A stretch of DNA of 64,000 nucleotides, from NCBI RefSeq assembly GCF_002113885.1, contig NW_018408658.1, positions 267,972 through 331,971 on the forward strand. Reading direction: 5' to 3'. This DNA is from Mizuhopecten yessoensis. Taxonomy: Eukaryota. This document shows positions 1 to 13,500 of the stretch, piece after piece. How positions within the stretch are numbered: position 1 is the stretch's first letter; each line of letters begins with the position of its first letter. Both the position numbers and the translations under genes were made by a program. Below the pieces are notes generated by a model, which was given only the letters and a program-made list of their open reading frames with translations, searched no databases and was not told the origin of the DNA.

Positions 1-1076
1 AAGGAGCTAACTTATAATTGGATAGACGATCAATATAGCGTAGAAGTCAAGGCGCTAAACTTATCATTGGATAAACGATCAATGTAGCGTAGAGGTAAAG
101 GCGCTAAACTAATCATTGGATAGACGATCAATGTAACGTAGAAGTCAAGGTGCTAAACTTATCATTGGATAGACGATCAATGTAACGTAGAAGTCAATGT
201 GCTAAACTTATCATTGGATAAACGTTCAATGTAGCGTAGAAGTCAAGGCGCTAAACTTATCATTTGATAGACGATCAATGTAGCGTAGAAGTCAAGACGC
301 TAAACTTATCATTGGATAGACTATCAATGTAGCGTAGAGGTCAAGGCGCTAAACTTGTCATTGGAGAGACGATCAATGTAGCGTAGAAGTCAAGGCGCTA
401 AACTTATCATTGGAGAGACGATCAATGTAGCGTAGGAGTCAAGACGCTAAACTTATCATTGGATAGACTATCAATGTAGCGTAGAAGTCAAGGCGCTAAA
501 CTTATCATTGGATAGACTATCAATGTAACGCAGAAGTCAAGGCGCTAAACTTATCATTGGATAGACTATCAATGTAGCGTAGAGGTCAAGGCGCTAAACT
601 TGTCATTGGAGAGACGATCAATGACGCGTAGAAGGCAAGGCGCTAAACTTATCATTGGATAGACGATCAATGTAACGCAGAAGTCAAGGCGCTAAACTTA
701 TCATTGGATAGACGATCAATGTAACGTAGAGGTCAAGGCGCTAAACTTATCATTGGAGAGACGATCAATGTAGCGTAGAAGTCAAGGCGTTGAACTTATC
801 ATTGGAGAGACGATCAATGTAGCGTAGAAGTCAAGGCGTTGAACTTATCATTGGAGAGACGATCAATGTAGCGTAGAAGTCAAGGCGCTAAACTTATCAT
901 TGGATAGACGATAAATGTAACGTAGGAGTCACGGCGCTAAACTTATCATTGGATAGACGATCAATGTAGCGTAGAAGTCAAGGCGCTAAACTTATCTTTG
1001 GATAGACGATCAATGTAAGGTAGGCGTCAAGGCGCTAAACTAATCATTGGATAGACGATCAATGTAGCGTAGAAGT
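1..1076. repeat. Intronic tandem repeat, 49-bp unit, about 22 copies (runs off the left edge)
   Basis: Head-to-tail unit TAGACGATCAATGTAGCGTAGAAGTCAAGGCGCTAAACTTATCATTGGA with point variants; lies in an ABCB1 intron. Confidence 0.97.
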
Positions 1077-1167
1077 TAATAAGTATGTTCAGTGTAAGAA
1101 TAAGCATGGTTACACATTTCGCTTACAGCTACGGGAGTAATTTCCCCTGCTAGACTACCTGTCTTAC

Positions 1168-1292
1168 CTAGCGCACTCTTTGCTTTGTCCGTTGAAGGCC
1201 ATCACTGTTTTTATGTTTCCTAGGGCTTCCTCTGCTACAGAACCTGCTTTGGAATAAGCGTCGGATTCTTCCTTGGCTAAATTGCGCATGAA
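1168..1292 (-). CDS. ABCB1: P-glycoprotein (ABCB1/MDR1-like) coding exon 5, TMD1 intracellular loop
   Basis: CAG acceptor at 1295-1293, GTAAG donor at 1167. Encodes [42 protein letters not shown], matching the ABCB AYAKAGxVAEExLxxIRTVxAFGGQ motif. Phase-compatible with the previous exon. Confidence 0.95.
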
Positions 1293-1662
1293 CTGTGTAG
1301 CAATCAAAAGCGTCTTTGTATCAATAAACTGTATTGCTATATACATCTGAACAAATTAACAAAATATTCTGGTCCCAAAGAGAACAAATCTTAACTTTAA
1401 AGGGTTAATATCACAAAATATGCATACCCTACTACAAAATGTTCGTAATTACTTCCATTGACTGCAAAATGTATGCCAGCTTACTACAAATGTATTTACT
1501 CTAATTACACTGTACAAAATATACTACCACCTTCAACTCAATACATGCAAATCTATACTACAAAATTAACGTACTCTTACTTACAAATATGCATAACCTT
1601 ACTACAAAATGTACATTAACGTACTACAAGATACGCATTTCCTTAATATAAAATGTACCTAC

Positions 1663-1834
1663 CCTTACTAAGGATCCCCCTGTTATAATGATAACTGGAC
1701 AGAAGCCAACCGTCGCCAGGGCAAGTTTCCACCCCGACAGAAACGCAATAATATAGGCAGCTACAAACGTAGTAAACCACTGGATCATGGTCGCAAACTT
1801 GTCGCCGATACCATCTGATATCAAATGAATATCC
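1663..1834 (-). CDS. ABCB1: P-glycoprotein (ABCB1/MDR1-like) coding exon 4
   Basis: TAG acceptor at 1837-1835, GTAGG donor at 1662; 172 bp. Encodes DIHLISDGIGDKFATMIQW...FLSGWKLALATV...GGSLVR (GIGDK and GWKL motifs). Confidence 0.95.
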
Positions 1835-2032
1835 CTATGATAAACAACAATAAACTGTCAGATTGAGTTAAATTGCAGAGGCATGACTACATCTTCATTT
1901 TTTTCGGAACAATTTGAAAGTCTCGTTAAATCATCACAACAGAATCAGTCCTACACCATAATTTTATATTAATCAATAAAAAAACTCAGGATAAAGTTTG
2001 ATGAGGATTAACATTTAAATATTCCAGTCATT

Positions 2033-2756
2033 GAGAACATTGTATGGACTGACACATGTATGGAGACACAGAGAAAACATTGTATGGACCGACAGATGTA
2101 TGGAGACACAGAGAGAACATTGTATTGACTGACACATGTATGGAGACACAGAGAGAACATTGTATGGACCGACATATGAATGGAGACACAGAGAGGGTAT
2201 TGTATGGACCGACAGATGTATGGAGACACAGAAAGAACATTGTATGGACCGACATATATATGGAGAAACAGAGTGAGCATTGTATGGACCGACAGATGTA
2301 TGGAGACACAGAAAGAACATTGTATGTACCGACATATATATGGAGACACAGAGAGAACATTGTATGTACCGATAGATGTATGGAGACACAAAGAGAACAT
2401 TTTATGGACCAGCAGATGTATGGAGACATAGGACGAACATTGTTTTGGCCGACAGATGTATGGAGACACAGAGAAAACATTGTATAGACAGAAAGATGTA
2501 TGGAGACACAGGAACATTGTTTTGGCCGACAGATGTATGGAAACACAGAGAAAACATTGTATAGACAGAAAGATGTATGGAGACACAGGAACATTGTTTG
2601 GACGACAAATGTATGGAGACACAGAGAGAACATTGTACGGACCGAAAGATGTATGGAGACACAGAGAGAACATTGTATGGACCGACATATGTATGGAGAC
2701 ACAGAGAGAACATTGTATGGACCGACAGATGTATGGAGACACAGAGAGAACATTTT
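2033..2756. repeat. Intronic tandem repeat, 40-bp unit, about 18 copies
   Basis: Unit GAGAACATTGTATGGACCGACAGATGTATGGAGACACAGA; explains the stacked spurious ORFs at 2008-2787. Confidence 0.97.
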
Positions 2757-2816
2757 ACTAGAATCTCTTTTCAGTAGTCCATATTGAATAAGAGAATGTC
2801 ATGATTTGCATTCAAA

Positions 2817-3343
2817 GTTAAGCGAGTATATTTACTGTGTGAACCATGTTAAGCGAGTATATTTACTGTGTGAACCTTGTTAAGCGAGTATAGTTACTGT
2901 GTGAACGTCATTAAGTGAATATACATACTGGGTTAATCTTGTATAGTGAGTATACTTACTGTATGAACCTTTTTAAAGCGAGTATACTTACTGTATGAAC
3001 CTTTTAAAGCGAGTATACTTACTGTATGAACCTTTTAAAGCGAGTATACTTACTGTGTGAATCTTTTCAAGCGAGTATACTTACTGTATGAACCTTTTAA
3101 AGTGAGTATACTTACTGTATGAACCTTTTCAAGCGAGTATACTTACTGTATGAACCTTTTAAAGCGAGTTTACTTACTGTATGAACCTTTTAAAGCGAGT
3201 ATACTTACTGTATGAACCTGTTAAAGCGAGTATACTTACTGTATGAACCTTTTGAAGTGAGTATACTTACTGTATGAACCTTTTAAAGCGAGTATACTTA
3301 CTGTATGAACCTTTTAAAGCGAGTATACTTACTGTGTTAACCT
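2817..3343 (-). repeat. Tandem repeat, about 31-bp unit, about 17 copies, made of an ABCB1 exon end plus its 5' splice site
   Basis: Minus-strand unit AGGTTCATACA-GTAAGTATACTCGCTTTAAA; the first copy is the real junction AGGTTAACACA|GTAAGTATACTCGC at 3333/3332. Confidence 0.95.
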
Positions 3344-3629
3344 TGAACTCAACTCTCCACTGTCATGCATGTCAAACCAGCTGATTCCCTGTCTCATTAC
3401 TGACTGGAAGAACTGCTGCCGAATCGTATAGATCTGGTGTTCTGCTGTAGAGCTGTAACACATCACTGACAAAGAGCCAAATATAAACACACCCACAGCG
3501 AGCAGACAGAACCAGACGGCGTACCCTTGTGCTATGTTAAAAATGTCTTCGTACTCTTTCAGTTCACCAAACGTCATTCCATTGGGTGCCGTAAAGTTGT
3601 CCGGCGGGAAAGTCCCATTCAAATTTGAT
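3333..3629 (-). CDS. ABCB1: P-glycoprotein (ABCB1/MDR1-like) coding exon 3
   Basis: TAG acceptor at 3632-3630, GTAAGT donor at 3332; 297 bp. Encodes SNLNGTFPPDNFT...TAEHQIYTIRQQFFQSVMRQGISWFDMHDSGELSSRLTQ (RQxIxWFD...GELxxRLT motif; N-x-T sequons in the extracellular loop). Confidence 0.95.
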
Positions 3630-4343
3630 CTAAAATGTAATTGATTGAAATTGAAGAGTGAATATATTGTTACTACAGAACTCATTAAAAAATGTTTTTA
3701 ACACAATATTCATTTATCAGATTGCAACATTTCACTTAAGATATATCATATGTACTGTACACAAGGCAACCCCCATCGGTAATGATTTATGTATTTACCG
3801 AGTGAGACACCAATCCAGATTACAATTATTTCTTCCAAACATTGCGGTCAGGTGTCAAAATAAAGATCACATTGACTTACTTTTGAAACAGTGAATTATG
3901 TTGTCTTGGGATATCTCTACATACCAAAAGTTACTCCATTAGAAAGAATATAGACGATAAGCTTTTACAACGAATGAGATCATATATAATCAACAAAACA
4001 TCCATCAAAGCGATTTATATTTTGTAAACTTCGCAATCAAAAAGTATACCTAATATAAATTTATACTGAGTGGTAAAAAAATTAAAGTTCCTAACAAAAA
4101 CGGAGGTCACAGGTCAAAGTCACAGTGACCTACCTCTCGTACTTGCATACCAGATCTGCTTAATCCAGGTGAAAAAGTATCGTAGATGCTCATAAATATG
4201 CAACATTTTAAATAAACATTGTTATATATTCTTATCACGAGCTACGTATATCACTGGTATGTAAGATTACTACGCATTTCGTATCAAAATGTAATTTAAA
4301 CAAGGAAGAAATCAGAAAGCATATTGTATTGTTTGATACTCAC

Positions 4344-4492
4344 ATAAAAGATTGGAACAGATCGTTCAGGATCAATGCGTTGGCTACCTGGCCGTACACA
4401 TAGAGGTTTAATGGGACGCAACAGCCACTGACGGCAGCGCACAGAGTCCCAATACATAGCAACACCTTATCTATACACGTCGCGTACCGGAA
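4344..4492 (-). CDS. ABCB1: P-glycoprotein (ABCB1/MDR1-like) coding exon 2 (not in the ORF track)
   Basis: TAG acceptor at 4495-4493, GTGAG donor at 4343; 149 bp. Hand translation FRYATCIDKVLLCIGTLCAAVSGCCVPLNLYVYGQVANALILNDLFQSF matches the FRYAxxxD...GT...G...P start of TM1. Phases join both neighbours. Confidence 0.93.
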
Positions 4493-5197
4493 CTACAACA
4501 TACAAGGGGCTCATTTAGTCACCCTGACCAGTACCGTCGAGTATGGCTCGTATCAAGTCACTCTTTATACATTGCAAAGAGATATAGCTGACAAAATAAA
4601 GGCCGGTATGAGTGTAAAGAACCATACCAAAAGATAAAAATAGCTACATCTCCCCTATGAAATCATATCATATTCTGAAAGTTTACAAAATGTTTATTTC
4701 TTGGTAACTTATCCTGTGTATCCAGTGAATGGATGGCCAATGTGTTTACACGAGGAGTTTTCGGCCTATAGTCCGTGGATTTTAAGTAGGATTGGTTGTT
4801 AACAAGTATACATGATTTATTAAATATTATTAACTAAATTGGAGTTATCTCCCCTACACTTTTGGATTGTTATGACGGTATATATGTACTGATTGTAAAA
4901 AAAGTTAAGTATGGACTTAAATAGGCCTAGCCTGGGGTCCAATCCAATTAAAATATACAAAGTCAATAAAATCTGTTGAAATTGATTTAACAATATAGGT
5001 GTTTGGCGATATAATCCACTAAGTATCAGACAATATTTGGATTTGGCATTTACAGATAAACGTTTGTAAATTGTATTGATAAGATTTTTACTCCATTTGT
5101 TATGTTAAATTGTGTCTAGTTCACACACGTGTAGTGTAGTGGCCAGGTTAAATGCTCTAAACTTGAGAGGGACATTTCCTGGACAAGCGTCACAAGA

Positions 5198-5290
5198 TTT
5201 GGTTTAATCTTATTTTGTTTAACGTCCTATTTAAACAGCTGAGGTCATTTAAGTACGTGACTCCATGTGTGTTGTGTAAGCGTGCATGTG
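5198..5290 (-). mobile_element. SINE 3' tail fragment
   Basis: TTTGTTTAACGTCCTATTTAAACAGCTGAGGTCATTTAAG is the reverse complement of the tail seen at 44725-44790 and matches 34505-34545. Confidence 0.6.
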
Positions 5291-5581
5291 TGTATGTGTG
5301 CACTGAATCACTCTTCAGTTCGTTGATGTGACCGTAAAGTTTGAGCACTTGAAACACTTCTATATGTTTCCGTTCGTTATGATCACTGTACATGTACGCA
5401 TAACATATTATATTCATCAAGTAATGATGAAATGCTCTAACTCACATTACAATATCAACTTGTTAAATGTATCCTTAAATTTATAATCATACTTGATTCC
5501 TACTAAGTTCTTGTCCGAAGCACCTAAGCTACAGGTGTATTATTTCTTAATCTTGAAGACCCCGTGCGATAGTTTATTACG

Positions 5582-5645
5582 TTTGGTTTGGTTTGGTTTA
5601 CTATTGCTTAACGTCCCATCAACAGCTATGGTCACTTAAGAACGG
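5582..5645 (-). mobile_element. SINE 3' tail fragment
   Basis: (TTTGG)n followed by TTAACGTCCCATCAACAGCTATGGTCACTTAAG; same tail family as the SINEs at 34.5 and 44.7 kb. Confidence 0.6.
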
Positions 5646-5675
5646 CAGTTTATTACAATGTAACAATTAACTCAC

Positions 5676-5960
5676 AAGTCCAAAGACTCCAATCTTCAGT
5701 CCATTATCTGAGTCTGTTTCTCTTTTTGGTTGGCTTGCTTCGTCTTTCTCAAACTTTACATCTGGAATAGGGACATGTCTTTCTTTCGCGTCGTGAGTCC
5801 TCTCTTTGTTTTCGTGTCCGTTGGATAGAATCCCCCCTTGTCCTTGAGGTGCCTCGTCATGTTTGTTAACTATGTATTTTCCATATGAATCGCCATTGTA
5901 TGCCACATCTCCGCCACGCTTGACTCCGTTTACATTGAATTGTGACCTTTCCCTCGTCAT
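5676..5960 (-). CDS. ABCB1: P-glycoprotein (ABCB1/MDR1-like) first coding exon, 95-aa hydrophilic N-terminus
   Basis: ATG at 5960; ends ...LKIGVFGL|GTGAG (donor 5675, phase 0) and joins FRYA, giving the typical VGxxxLFRY junction. Likely acceptor CAG at 6114-6112, so the exon includes 5' UTR. Confidence 0.85.
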
Positions 5961-6479
5961 CGCCTTTTGTTTGGTAGTGGGATAACGTGTAAACTATATC
6001 TTTTATGAAAGCATGAATTAACCAACATTAACACAGTAAGGTCAAAATATGGACTCTTTTTTTCTTTAAATAACACTCCCGAACGCCTTTAGTCATCTAA
6101 ACATTGATTCTCTGGAAAACAAATGAAGAAAATATATTTTAAACAAATAAATGAACCAAATTATAAATATTCGCATCAAACGAACAAGTAATTTCATTAT
6201 ATGTACCTCAACGACAACCTTACAGAAGTTATACTTTACAGTTATTTTCTACTTTTATGCTGAATCCAAAAAAGCCGGACAGGTTTCACATGTTTAGTGT
6301 AAGGCGTTGTTTAATTGTATCGGACTTTGGAGAACATTACGTCACTAGGTCGTGACAGACTAGCACGCACGGATGGATATTGTTGACAGATGTAATTCTT
6401 TCGTAATTCATTAATGATCGTAAACTGATACAGTTTATAGATACAGCATTTGCATCAAACTTAATTACAATAACTATTT

Positions 6480-7440
6480 CCATGCCATTCTATTTTAATC
6501 TACTGAATAATTTGCTCGCAATATGTTTGCTTGATGGACAAATGTTCCTTAATTACATAATTCCTTCGTATTTAATAATGATAGAAATATAACTAATTTA
6601 AAGACGGGGGGATTTATTTGATAATAAGGCTTTAATATATTTGGTTCTCAAATCGTTATAGAAGGGGCATTTTAAAATGAAATGATATTCGTCCTCGATG
6701 TCATTTAGACACTCAGGGCAAGTTCGAAGCTGACGTGGATCATTTCTGTGTCTGCCTGATTCGATAAGAAGACAATGTGAAGATAAACGTAATCTAACGA
6801 TATTATTTTTTTTTTTATAATTAGCAGAAATTGGTTTTGAAAGATAAGTTCGCAATGCTAAGTGATCTACAACATGCCTGTATGATACACATTTTGGCGA
6901 CGAAACAAACAAATTCTCACACTCTTGCTTGAAATTGTCTAACAAACGTTGTTTTACAATATATATAAAATTGCTTACATTTATAATATGTTGGGAAGCC
7001 CAAATGTCCGTCATACCTAATTAGCCCAGCTCGTGTTTGACTTTCGCAACCCAGTTTTATATGATTAGCCTCACATTCGTTGTACATATAATACTCGTAA
7101 CATCCTTTTAAAATACAATTGTTGGTAGAGGTTAACTTACGCCAGTATTTAAATATTCTTAATTTGCGAAGGAGGGACAACGGAAACCTCCCTAGTTCAA
7201 AGTATACCATAGCATTTGGTGTCGACCGTTTAAGAATATTTTTACTAAAGTCTAATTGTGCCTTCTCAATGTCAGGGGCTGTATGGAAACCCCATACTTC
7301 ATTGCTATAACCCGCCACACTTCCTACATATGTGTCAAAGAGACTCAGTCATGTGGAAACAATTAAAAGCATGGGTACACAAGCCTTTTTTAATGCGAAT
7401 ATGTACATGTACGTGGCTAGCAGGTATATATGCACATTAC
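6480..7440 (-). mobile_element. Decayed non-LTR retrotransposon (LINE), ORF2 C-terminal region
   Basis: Frameshifted ORFs with YSNEVWGF...STPNAMVYFELGRFPL and RLRLSSHCLLIESGRH...CPEC...IEDEYHFILKCPFY (CCHC knuckle). Boundaries approximate. Confidence 0.88.
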
Positions 7441-8256
7441 TCTGGAACACACGAGTCCTAACGATACTGATATCTTCTCTATTTACCTCGGGATAAGATA
7501 TTAATTGTAATACAGGGTAGAATACAGACGACAGACATTTTAAAAGCACAAGTTCTACTTGAAGATCCTCATTGTTTTTAAAAAGATCTTAACATGTGGT
7601 TATGTTGCTTAATATTGAATAATTACCATATTATAGTGTACGTACAATTATTACATTGTCAAAATTAAATTAAATATATGCAAAAACACTTACTTTAACT
7701 TATTGGGCCATTAAATTAATTTTCGTCCTAATATATTTCGAATATATATAAATGTATATTATTTACTACCCGGTAGGTCCAGATTTATGTAAACAAGTCT
7801 TGTGTCATTATAAATCTTTCCCAGGCACTTCATATACGGGGGTATACATGCATGCTGTGTTAATTTCATGTGTTTATGACTTTTTAACAATTGTTTGAAA
7901 AAGGGACAGGCAGTATTACCATACTAGCTATTACAACATGTACGTATACATATATATACACACTCTTTCATACACAAATCTGTTCAGTCAATAAATCGCT
8001 ACGTAAAGCTGAATTTGTACCGTTTTATTCATATTGAAGTTTGAACAAGCACTAGAATACAAAAAAAAAAAACCCTTAAATAACCATAAATGTATGTAAC
8101 TACTGGGGTTTTTCATCAATAGTTTAGATTTTTTAGTGGTCAAGATTTGACAAAATCTGTCCCAACCTAATTTAAAACAAAATCTTAGATGAATTTTTTT
8201 CTTTCATAATAAAGTAACAAACAGTTAAGTAGTTAAATAACGTCAATAAATCTTAC

Positions 8257-8312
8257 CTTCACTACACAGTGTGTCAGGTAAACAGTATTTCCAACGTACC
8301 CCACTGCTGGTT
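8257..8312 (-). other. Putative non-coding first exon of ABCB1
   Basis: Strong AAG|GTAAGA donor at 8257/8256 with a TATA box about 80 bp upstream. The 5' end is inferred from TATA spacing only. Confidence 0.4.
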
Positions 8313-8335
8313 AAAATCAGACTAGTTATGCTGGC

Positions 8336-8342
8336 TTTTATA
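8336..8342 (-). promoter_or_regulatory. Putative TATA box of ABCB1
   Basis: Minus strand reads GGTATAAAAGCC, positioned upstream of the candidate first exon. Confidence 0.4.
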
Positions 8343-9769
8343 CCTAATCCATACGTACCGTAAATGATGCAACTTCTATTTGAATATTCTGTTCATTATT
8401 TAACCTTCTACCCCAAACCTGTAGCCAACACCAACAGAGATGAACAAATCTGTATTCTGGAAACTTTCCTGCTGTAAAGTGATACACGATACCTCTGCTG
8501 GTCACAATCTAGGACGATATCATATACAGTTTTTGTATATATGACACATCATCGTGTGCATTCAAGTCGGACCAGAATCTTAAACGGTTACAACCCAGCT
8601 GGCTGTCAATATATAGGACAGAGAGACGACGAACTACACAATAAAGTGAAGTATAACGACAATATTAGAAATCTGACCAGGGATTTTAAAAATTAGGGTG
8701 TACGTTCTTCTATAGCAAAGTTTCCTGGTCACAGGGATCGGCCATGAATAGAATGCTGTTTATTTTAAGGTTTTATACCTCTCTGACAATCCTTTGTTCT
8801 TTTGTTCGATAAGTTCGTAAAGGGGACGCTATTGAAAAGGTCGAAATATAGAACGTTACATGACCTAAAAAATAAACCGAATTATTCAAATCCCTAAAAT
8901 GTCAAAATATAGAATGGTACGGTATACGTGACTAAATGATATCATTTACATATATACTTGGTTAGTAGGAAATAAATATAAACATTCTTACCACGCAATT
9001 CCAACTTAAAGGTCATGAAATAGGACAATGAATTGTTGCAGATATAGAGCGTTTTATTTTAATTTAATATCTTGAATATTAATTAATTATTGCTTTTTTC
9101 GTTAATTTTTTTCCTGTTATATAATAAACAAAGTTGATTATATTACTTATCATGAATTGCAGTTCTGCACTGGCATATATCGGCCAGTCAATCCTAATTT
9201 TGAATTTTGATGAGGTACTATATAGTATTTTATTATATAATGTAATTGCCGTTCGCTAAAAGTATTTCTACCTCATCTTTACAACTGTTTTCCCCCTTCA
9301 TTCCCATACAGAAGCATTTAATGGCCCCCATTTAAATGTACTCAGCTTTGAGACAGCTGGAGACAAAGACAACTGTTGCTATGTTCATAATTAAGATGCT
9401 TTGGACGTAGTCATCAGTAGATGGACATATTTAAGTCCGTCATATGTTTTAAATGACACGGATCGGAACTTATATTTTAGTGTGTATATGACCACACAAT
9501 TAGTAATTCTGACCCTCTATACTGATCTGTATCTATACATATATGGACTCTTGTTGAGAAGAAAATGTGGTTATATAAACATGAGAAAGTAAAATTAGCC
9601 AAGTTGAGGTCAATACCACTTTGTCAGGTAAATATAACAAAATATTCACCAAAACGAAAAACTTGAATGGTAATATGCTAAATAATGATTAAACATAGAA
9701 CGTATCAAAATTGTCAGGAAGAAAATACTGCATCGATCAATACAAGTAACTCACAAGGGTAAGTTACTC

Positions 9770-10500
9770 AGTGCAACCAGAGGCAGCAACTCATGATCAG
9801 CACAACCACTATCTCGCAAGGTCAGTAACTCAGCACAACCACTATCTCGCCAGGTCGGTAACTCAGCACAACCACTATCTCACAAGGAACAATGGCTTAA
9901 CAGGACCACTAACTCACCAGAGTCAGCAACTCATGATCAGCGCAACCACTATATCACAAGGAACAACGGCTTAACAGGGCCACTAACTCACCAGAGTCAG
10001 CATCTCATGATCAGCACAACCACTATATCACAAGGAACAACGGCTTAACAGGGCCACTAACTCACCAGAGTCAGCGACTCATGATCAGCACAACCACAAA
10101 CTCACAAGGAACAACGGCTTAACAGGGCCACTAACTCACCAGAGTCAGCAACTCAAGATCAGCACAACCACTATATCACAAGGACCAACGGCTTAACAGG
10201 ATCACTAACCCACCAGAGGCAGCAACTCATGATCAGCACAAACACTATCTCACAAGGAACAGTGGCTTAACAGGACCACTAACTCCCCAGAGGCAGCAAC
10301 TCATGATCAGCACAACCACTATCTCACAAGGAACAGTGGCTTAACAGATCACTAACTCACCAGTCAGTAACTCAGTACGACCACTATCTCACAAGGAACA
10401 GTTGCTTAACAGGACCAGTAACTCTCAACGACCACTTTCTCATCAGGTACAATGGCTTAATAGGACCAGTAACTCGCAAGAGTCAGTAACTCAATCAACC
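9770..10500. repeat. Satellite sub-array A, about 74-bp unit
   Basis: Unit GAACAACGGCTTAACAGGGCCACTAACTCACCAGAGTCAGCAACTCATGATCAGCACAACCACTATATCACAAG, grading into the 67-bp array. Confidence 0.9.
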
Positions 10501-13500
10501 ATTATCTCATCACGAACAGTGGCTAAGCAGGACCAGTACCTCACCAGGTCAGTAACTCAGTACGACCACTATCTCATCACGAACAGTGGCTAAGCAGGAC
10601 CAGTACCTCACCAGGTCAGAACTCAGTACGACAACTATCACATCAGGAACAGTGGCTAAGCAGGACCAGTACCTCACCAGGTCAGTAACTCAGTTCGACA
10701 ACTATCACATCAGGAACAGTGGCTAAGCAGGACCAGTAACTCAACAGGGTAAGTAACTCTGTACGACCACTATCTCATCACGAACAGTGGCTTAGAAGGA
10801 CCAGTAACTCACCAGGTCAGTAACTCAGTTCGACAACTATCACCGCAGGAACAGTGGCTAAGCAGGACCAGTACCTCACCAGGTCAGAAACTCAGTTCGA
10901 CAACTATCACTGCAGGAACAGTGGCTAAGCAGGACCAGTACCTCACCAGGTCAGTAACTCAGTTCGACAACTATCACATCAGGAACAGTGGCTAAGCAGG
11001 ACCAGTACCTCACCAGGTCAGTAACTCAGTTCGACAACTATCACATCAGGAACAGTGGCTAAGCAGGACCAGTACCTCACCAGGTCAGTAACTCAGTTCG
11101 ACAACTATCACATCAGGAACAGTGGCTAAGCAGGACCAGTACCTCACCAGGTCAGTAACTCAGTTCGACAACTATCACATCAGGAACAGTGGCTAAGCAG
11201 GACCAGTACCTCACCAGGTCAGTAACTCAGTTCGACAACTATCACATCAGGAACAGTGGCTAAGCAGGACCAGTACCTCACCAGGTCAGTAACTCAGTTC
11301 GACAACTATCACATCAGGAACAGTGGCTAAGCAGGACCAGTACCTCACCAGGTCAGTAACTCAGTTCGACAACTATCACATCAGGAACAGTGGCTAAGCA
11401 GGACCAGTACCTCACCAGGTCAGTAACTCAGTTCGACAACTATCACATCAGGAACAGTGGCTAAGCAGGACCAGTACCTCACCAGGTCAGTAACTCAGTT
11501 CGACAACTATCACATCAGGAACAGTGGCTAAGCAGGACCAGTACCTCACCAGGTCAGTAACTCAGTTCGACAACTATCACATCAGGAACAGTGGCTAAGC
11601 AGGACCAGTACCTCACCAGGTCAGTAACTCAGTTCGACAACTATCACATCAGGAACAGTGGCTAAGCAGGACCAGTACCTCACCAGGTCAGTAACTCAGT
11701 TCGACAACTATCACATCAGGAACAGTGGCTAAGCAGGACCAGTACCTCACCAGGTCAGTAACTCAGTTCGACAACTATCACATCAGGAACAGTGGCTAAG
11801 CAGGACCAGTACCTCACCAGGTCAGTAACTCAGTTCGACAACTATCACATCAGGAACAGTGGCTAAGCAGGACCAGTACCTCACCAGGTCAGTAACTCAG
11901 TTCGACAACTATCACATCAGGAACAGTGGCTAAGCAGGACCAGTACCTCACCAGGTCAGTAACTCAGTTCGACAACTATCACATCAGGAACAGTGGCTAA
12001 GCAGGACCAGTACCTCACCAGGTCAGTAACTCAGTTCGACAACTATCACATCAGGAACAGTGGCTAAGCAGGACCAGTACCTCACCAGGTCAGTAACTCA
12101 GTTCGACAACTATCACATCAGGAACAGTGGCTAAGCAGGACCAGTACCTCACCAGGTCAGTAACTCAGTTCGACAACTATCACATCAGGAACAGTGGCTA
12201 AGCAGGACCAGTACCTCACCAGGTCAGTAACTCAGTTCGACAACTATCACATCAGGAACAGTGGCTAAGCAGGACCAGTACCTCACCAGGTCAGTAACTC
12301 AGTTCGACAACTATCACATCAGGAACAGTGGCTAAGCAGGACCAGTACCTCACCAGGTCAGTAACTCAGTTCGACAACTATCACATCAGGAACAGTGGCT
12401 AAGCAGGACCAGTACCTCACCAGGTCAGTAACTCAGTTCGACAACTATCACATCAGGAACAGTGGCTAAGCAGGACCAGTACCTCACCAGGTCAGTAACT
12501 CAGTTCGACAACTATCACATCAGGAACAGTGGCTAAGCAGGACCAGTACCTCACCAGGTCAGTAACTCAGTTCGACAACTATCACATCAGGAACAGTGGC
12601 TAAGCAGGACCAGTACCTTACCAGGTCAGTAACTCAGTTCGACAACTATCACTGCAAGAACAGTGGCTAAGCAGTACCAGTACCTTGCCAGGTCAGTAAC
12701 TCAGCTCGACAACTATCACATTAGGAACAGTGGCTAAGGAGGACCAGTACCTTACCCGGTCAGTAACTCAGTTCGGCAACTATCTCATCAGGAACGGTGG
12801 CTAAGCAGGACCAATACCTCACCAGGTCAGAAACTCAGTTCGACAACTATTACATCACGAACAGTGGCTAAGCAGTACCAGTACCTTGCCAGGTCAGTAA
12901 CTCAGATCGACAACTATCTCATCACGAACAGTGGCTAACCAGGACCAGTACCTCACCCGGTCAGTAACTCGGTACGACAACTATCACATCACGAACAGAG
13001 GCTAAGCAGGACCAATACCTCACCAGGTCAGAACTCAGTACAACAACTATCACATCAGGAACGGTGGCTTAATAGGACCAGGACCTCACCAGGGCAGTAA
13101 CTCAGTACGACAACTATCACTGCTGGAACAGTGGCTAAGCAGTACCAGTACCTTGCCAGGTCAGTAACTCAGTTCTACAACTATCACATCAGGAACGGTG
13201 GCTTAATAGGACCAGGACCTCACCAGGTCAGTAATTCAGTTCGACAACTATCATATAAGGAACAGTGGCTAAGCGGGACCAGTACCTTACCAGCTCAGTA
13301 ACTCAGTTCGACCACTATCATATCAGGAACGGTGGCTAAGCAGGACCAATACCTCACCAGGTCAGAAACTCAGTTCGACAACTAACACATCAAGAACAGT
13401 GGCTAAGCAGGATCAGTACCTTACCAGGTCAGTAAATCAGTTCGACAACTATCCCATCACGAACAGTGGCTTAGAAGGACCAGTAACTCACCAGTTAGGA

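Noticed and set aside
2008-2787. Stack of overlapping ORFs up to 244 aa
   Set aside because: By-products of a 40-bp tandem repeat inside an ABCB1 intron; the unit is not a multiple of 3 and there is no splice support.
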